DNA of 63,264 nucleotides, filler included, from It is 13 parts of 13 records of this genome, joined end to end, with 100 filler letters (N's around TTAATTAATTAA, not from the genome) between each part and the next. Parts side by side here need not be neighbours in the genome. Positions count along the whole stretch, not along the records: positions 59,936 to 63,264 come from SRR11831586_1169; 12 more parts are not named here. One strand, 5' to 3'. Shown piece by piece: positions 60,050 to 63,264 of this stretch (position 1 is its first letter; each line of letters starts with the position of its first letter). The notes under the pieces were generated by a model. It saw only the letters and a program-made list of their open reading frames with translations, ran no database searches and was not told where the DNA came from. The position numbers and the translations under genes were made by a program.

Positions 60050-62603
60050 CCGGCTGAGGTGCGTTGCTCCTCTCCCCCGCAGCCGCACGCGACGCAGCTG
60101 CATCTGCTGCACGGCGGCGTAGATCCGATCTATTGACCGGATCGGACAGATCTGATGCGATGGGCTGCAGACTGTACATCTCGTAACCTGCATACCCCGC
60201 GACGTGACCGAGGGGTGCGTTGCCACCTGCACACAGAGACAACATGTGGGACACTGTGTTATAAACAAAGTTCTGCACTCGACAGCGACGGCCACGACCC
60301 ATGCGTCTCGAGCGTTCATGCATCACGCTACTGCCCGCCACGGGCATCACAGACACCACACACACATACACACACAGGCACACACACCCTCTCTCTCCCA
60401 CCCACTCACTCACTCACCCGCCCGCTCATTCACATACACTCACACACGCACACGTACCGGCAGCGTAGCGGCGCCCCATTTCCTCATCGCGCGGCCGCAT
60501 CCCATACGAATTGGTGTAGGATGACTGCGTGTTGTCATCCACGTCGCTGGTACTCATTTTGCAGCATGAACAGCAGCAGAAAATTTTCGCAAAACACTAA
60601 ACATCCGATGTGAGTCATCATCACGTGTAGCGGCGATAACGAAATAAAGAATGCCACTGCTGGCGAGACAGGATACTCAAAGCATGCAAACATGGAACGA
60701 ACAGACACGACTCACGAACAAGATGATGGATGACAGCACGAAGGTCACGCACACACACACACATACGCACACAAATACACACAAGCGAGATTGACTGAAC
60801 GATAGAAATCTTTCAGTGTTGGAATGTCAGCTTGAGTATAGAGCCGTGGATAGCACGTACCGCACGCAGGGGCGAGAACCGTAGCCGCATGCACAGCACA
60901 CAGAGCATCAGCAAACTGATGCCACCCAACACGCCAAACACGACGGCGGCCCACACAACACCTGCGAAACACACACAAACACGCACAAACACACACTTAA
61001 TGAGATACGAACGACTCAGAATAACGCGCGATACACTACCAGCTTCTGTTCCGACAACACACACCTCATTCAACAAGCAGAAAATAAGCACACAGGGGGA
61101 AACGCAGATACGAGCACCGTGGTGGTTCACGCGAGACATGAGTATACGCAACAACAGCGGACGCACATACTGCGTGGCGCAACATAACGTACTTGAGTCT
61201 GTGATGGGGCTGATCGAAATCAAATAATTGGTGCTCACGTTTCCGTACACCCCCAAAAGGTAGTTGTACTGCCACTGCACCGGCACAAGCGAAAACGCAT
61301 AGACATAATCATTGCCGAATCGGGAAGTCGGACTTGCGATTCTTGCCATATTCGGGAGGGATGCGTTCGGAAACGTGACATTGTTTACATACACGACGAG
61401 GGGTGCCGTGCTCAAGAACGACGTCCCCGTAATCTGCAACATCAGGACATGCATCAGAACCAGTACAAGCAGACACCAAGCACCTACTTCCGTCTGCGAG
61501 AACACCCCACACACAGGCTAACATTCCAGAAAACAGACGCATACATACACGTACATATACACCACAGACACATAGTGGGGATTCACTCACACGGAAAAAC
61601 TCAATGGTTATACTCACAAACACAGCTCTTACGCACAACTCGACCGCACCTCGCCACAATACGGCTACCACACATACCGACACGGTCACGCCTGCATTGG
61701 ACGCCACATAGAACGCGTAATAGTGATACATGCCCGCCGCCACACTGCTGGAGACAGGGCTCACAAGCGAACTGAGATCGAAATCGGAGGGCAGTGTCTC
61801 TGTTATTCGCGAACGGCACCACGATGAACCAAAAGTCAGAAGAACAGGGAACACGGATTATGTTGGAGAAGCAAGAACGTAAAACAGGAAGAGCACGCAT
61901 GCATACATAAGCACCGTCGCACACACGCACCTGTGGATGAAGTGTATGTCACGTTAAAGCCGTTTCTCTGCACAGAATTGTCCGTGCGAAACACGACGGT
62001 CAGTGAAGGCCCAATCCCCATGATAGTGGCTGGTATCTGAGACCCCGCGAACGTGCCTGCAAGACGTCACAACCAAACCACTATCTCAGCACGCAGGCAA
62101 CACTCGCCACACAACAACTAGAGAAGCACCCCATACAACCACTACCAAGAAAATTTCTCACAATTACCCCAGGTACAGAGGTAATACCAAGACAGCAAAG
62201 AGCTCGCTAAACCAAGCAAAACCTACACTGCACGGTCAAATGTACTTACCGATCAGTCTGCCATTGCTTTGATATATGCGCACGCTGTCATAGCGCACAT
62301 TGGTCTCGAGATCCAGAGAGTTGAAGGTCAGATAAATAAGAGTGGGAGTAGGGGACGGCTGAATGACAAATTCACACCGCAATCCCGGGTCGTACGCCCC
62401 AGGACCGCTTCCGTCATCAAAAGTCCCAGATGGTGTGGTAAATGTCAAAGTGCCAGAGCAAGTGGAGGCTACCGCAACGAACAGAACAATCCCTCACGAT
62501 CAGATGCAGTACTGAGGAAAGAGCATCGCAGACCTTCAACTATGCATATATAGCCGAGAAAGATGAGCCCTAACGAAGCGAAACTCAAAGACATCCAACG
62601 CAT
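60050..62603 (-). CDS. Eukaryotic type I membrane protein: signal peptide - CUB domain - beta-sandwich (PPC-like) - TM - cytoplasmic tail (3' truncated)
   Basis: Exons 62603-62534, 62468-62250, 62056-61931, 61799-61678, 61433-61193, 60961-60861, 60524-60458 and 60226-60050 are all phase-consistent. CUB reads CSG..TPSGTFDDGSGPGAY...CEFVI...LTFNSLDLE...YDSVRIY...LTVVFRTDNSVQRNGFNVTY; TM reads VVWAAVVFGVLGGISLLMLCVLCM. Confidence 0.8.
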
Positions 62604-63264
62604 ATCATGTGATCTCGAAACTCAGAAGCACTAGAGTCTGACCAGATAACCACCTTGCCCACAAATGATTGCTCAATGCAAATACGGGATGCGTGTGTTC
62701 TATGCAAACAAACGTTGAAGTGAGGTTGACTGTATGCGCGGTTCGGAAGAGAAGGTATCCAATGCGACACGTGTCGGAGCGCTGCGCCGCCGCGGACAAC
62801 ATAGAGACTGCGAGCTTCGGCTTTAATAGAACAAACAAAGTATGTATGCTATATGCATGTAAACGATCCGTTCGGTTTCGTGTATCCCTTCAGCGCTCAC
62901 GTCCTGTGATGTTAAATGGAACCAGGAGAGAAAGTACCTATGCATCCTCAGACGCACTGCCCCCACACACAAAACGCACCACTCCGCAAATAACATATGA
63001 ACAACACCGAATACGAACTGAACTGGCTGTTTATAATAATTCTCATCAAACACACACACGATACTTGCAACCCGCTTGCTCTTTGCTCTGAGAATATGTG
63101 CTGCTGCTGCTCTGCGAGAGGAAACTCGAACCACGGCCGAATAGAAAATAATGCTTACTGCGTGGTAGATGCACTGTCGCTGAGACTATCAATATGAAGG
63201 AACATATTAGACACACGGGCAGCACGCCAAATGAATACGACGTTTGACATGTTCCATAAGCAAA

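Noticed and set aside
59936..61060. CA/GT-rich tracts as a CRISPR array, telomere or satellite
   Set aside because: Irregular dinucleotide microsatellites confined to predicted introns, with no constant repeat-spacer period.

Overview
This is not a natural locus. It is 13 unrelated contigs joined by twelve identical 100-nt artificial spacers (44 N + TTAATTAATTAA + 44 N, giving stop codons in all six frames). Nine contigs are ordinary Escherichia coli chromosome, very K-12-like: yeaW-yeaO, topA-sohB, rrnE promoter-purHD-zraRS, S10 operon start-gspBA, gudDXP-yqcC, yjiK-iraD, fabY-yihU, pnp-yhbS and lolB-hemA. They carry a few 1-nt indels that mostly look like homopolymer sequencing errors. Four contigs (11560-13786, 13887-17011, 44809-46900, 59936-63264) come from an intron-rich, flagellated microbial eukaryote, and the bacterial ORF track fragments their genes. 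Manual splicing at GT-AG sites gives phase-consistent partial models for seven genes: a B-box-type coiled-coil protein, cystathionine beta-synthase with no N-terminal heme segment, GAS8/DRC4, a Cet1-type (TTM) mRNA triphosphatase, CDP-DAG synthase (head-to-head with the triphosphatase), a signal peptide-CUB-beta sandwich-TM receptor, and a presequence + SAM-like + P-loop NTPase protein. The last is the best novelty candidate and resembles STAND/Crinkler-RHS-type conflict proteins. All identifications are from motif recognition and recalled sequences; no searches were run.
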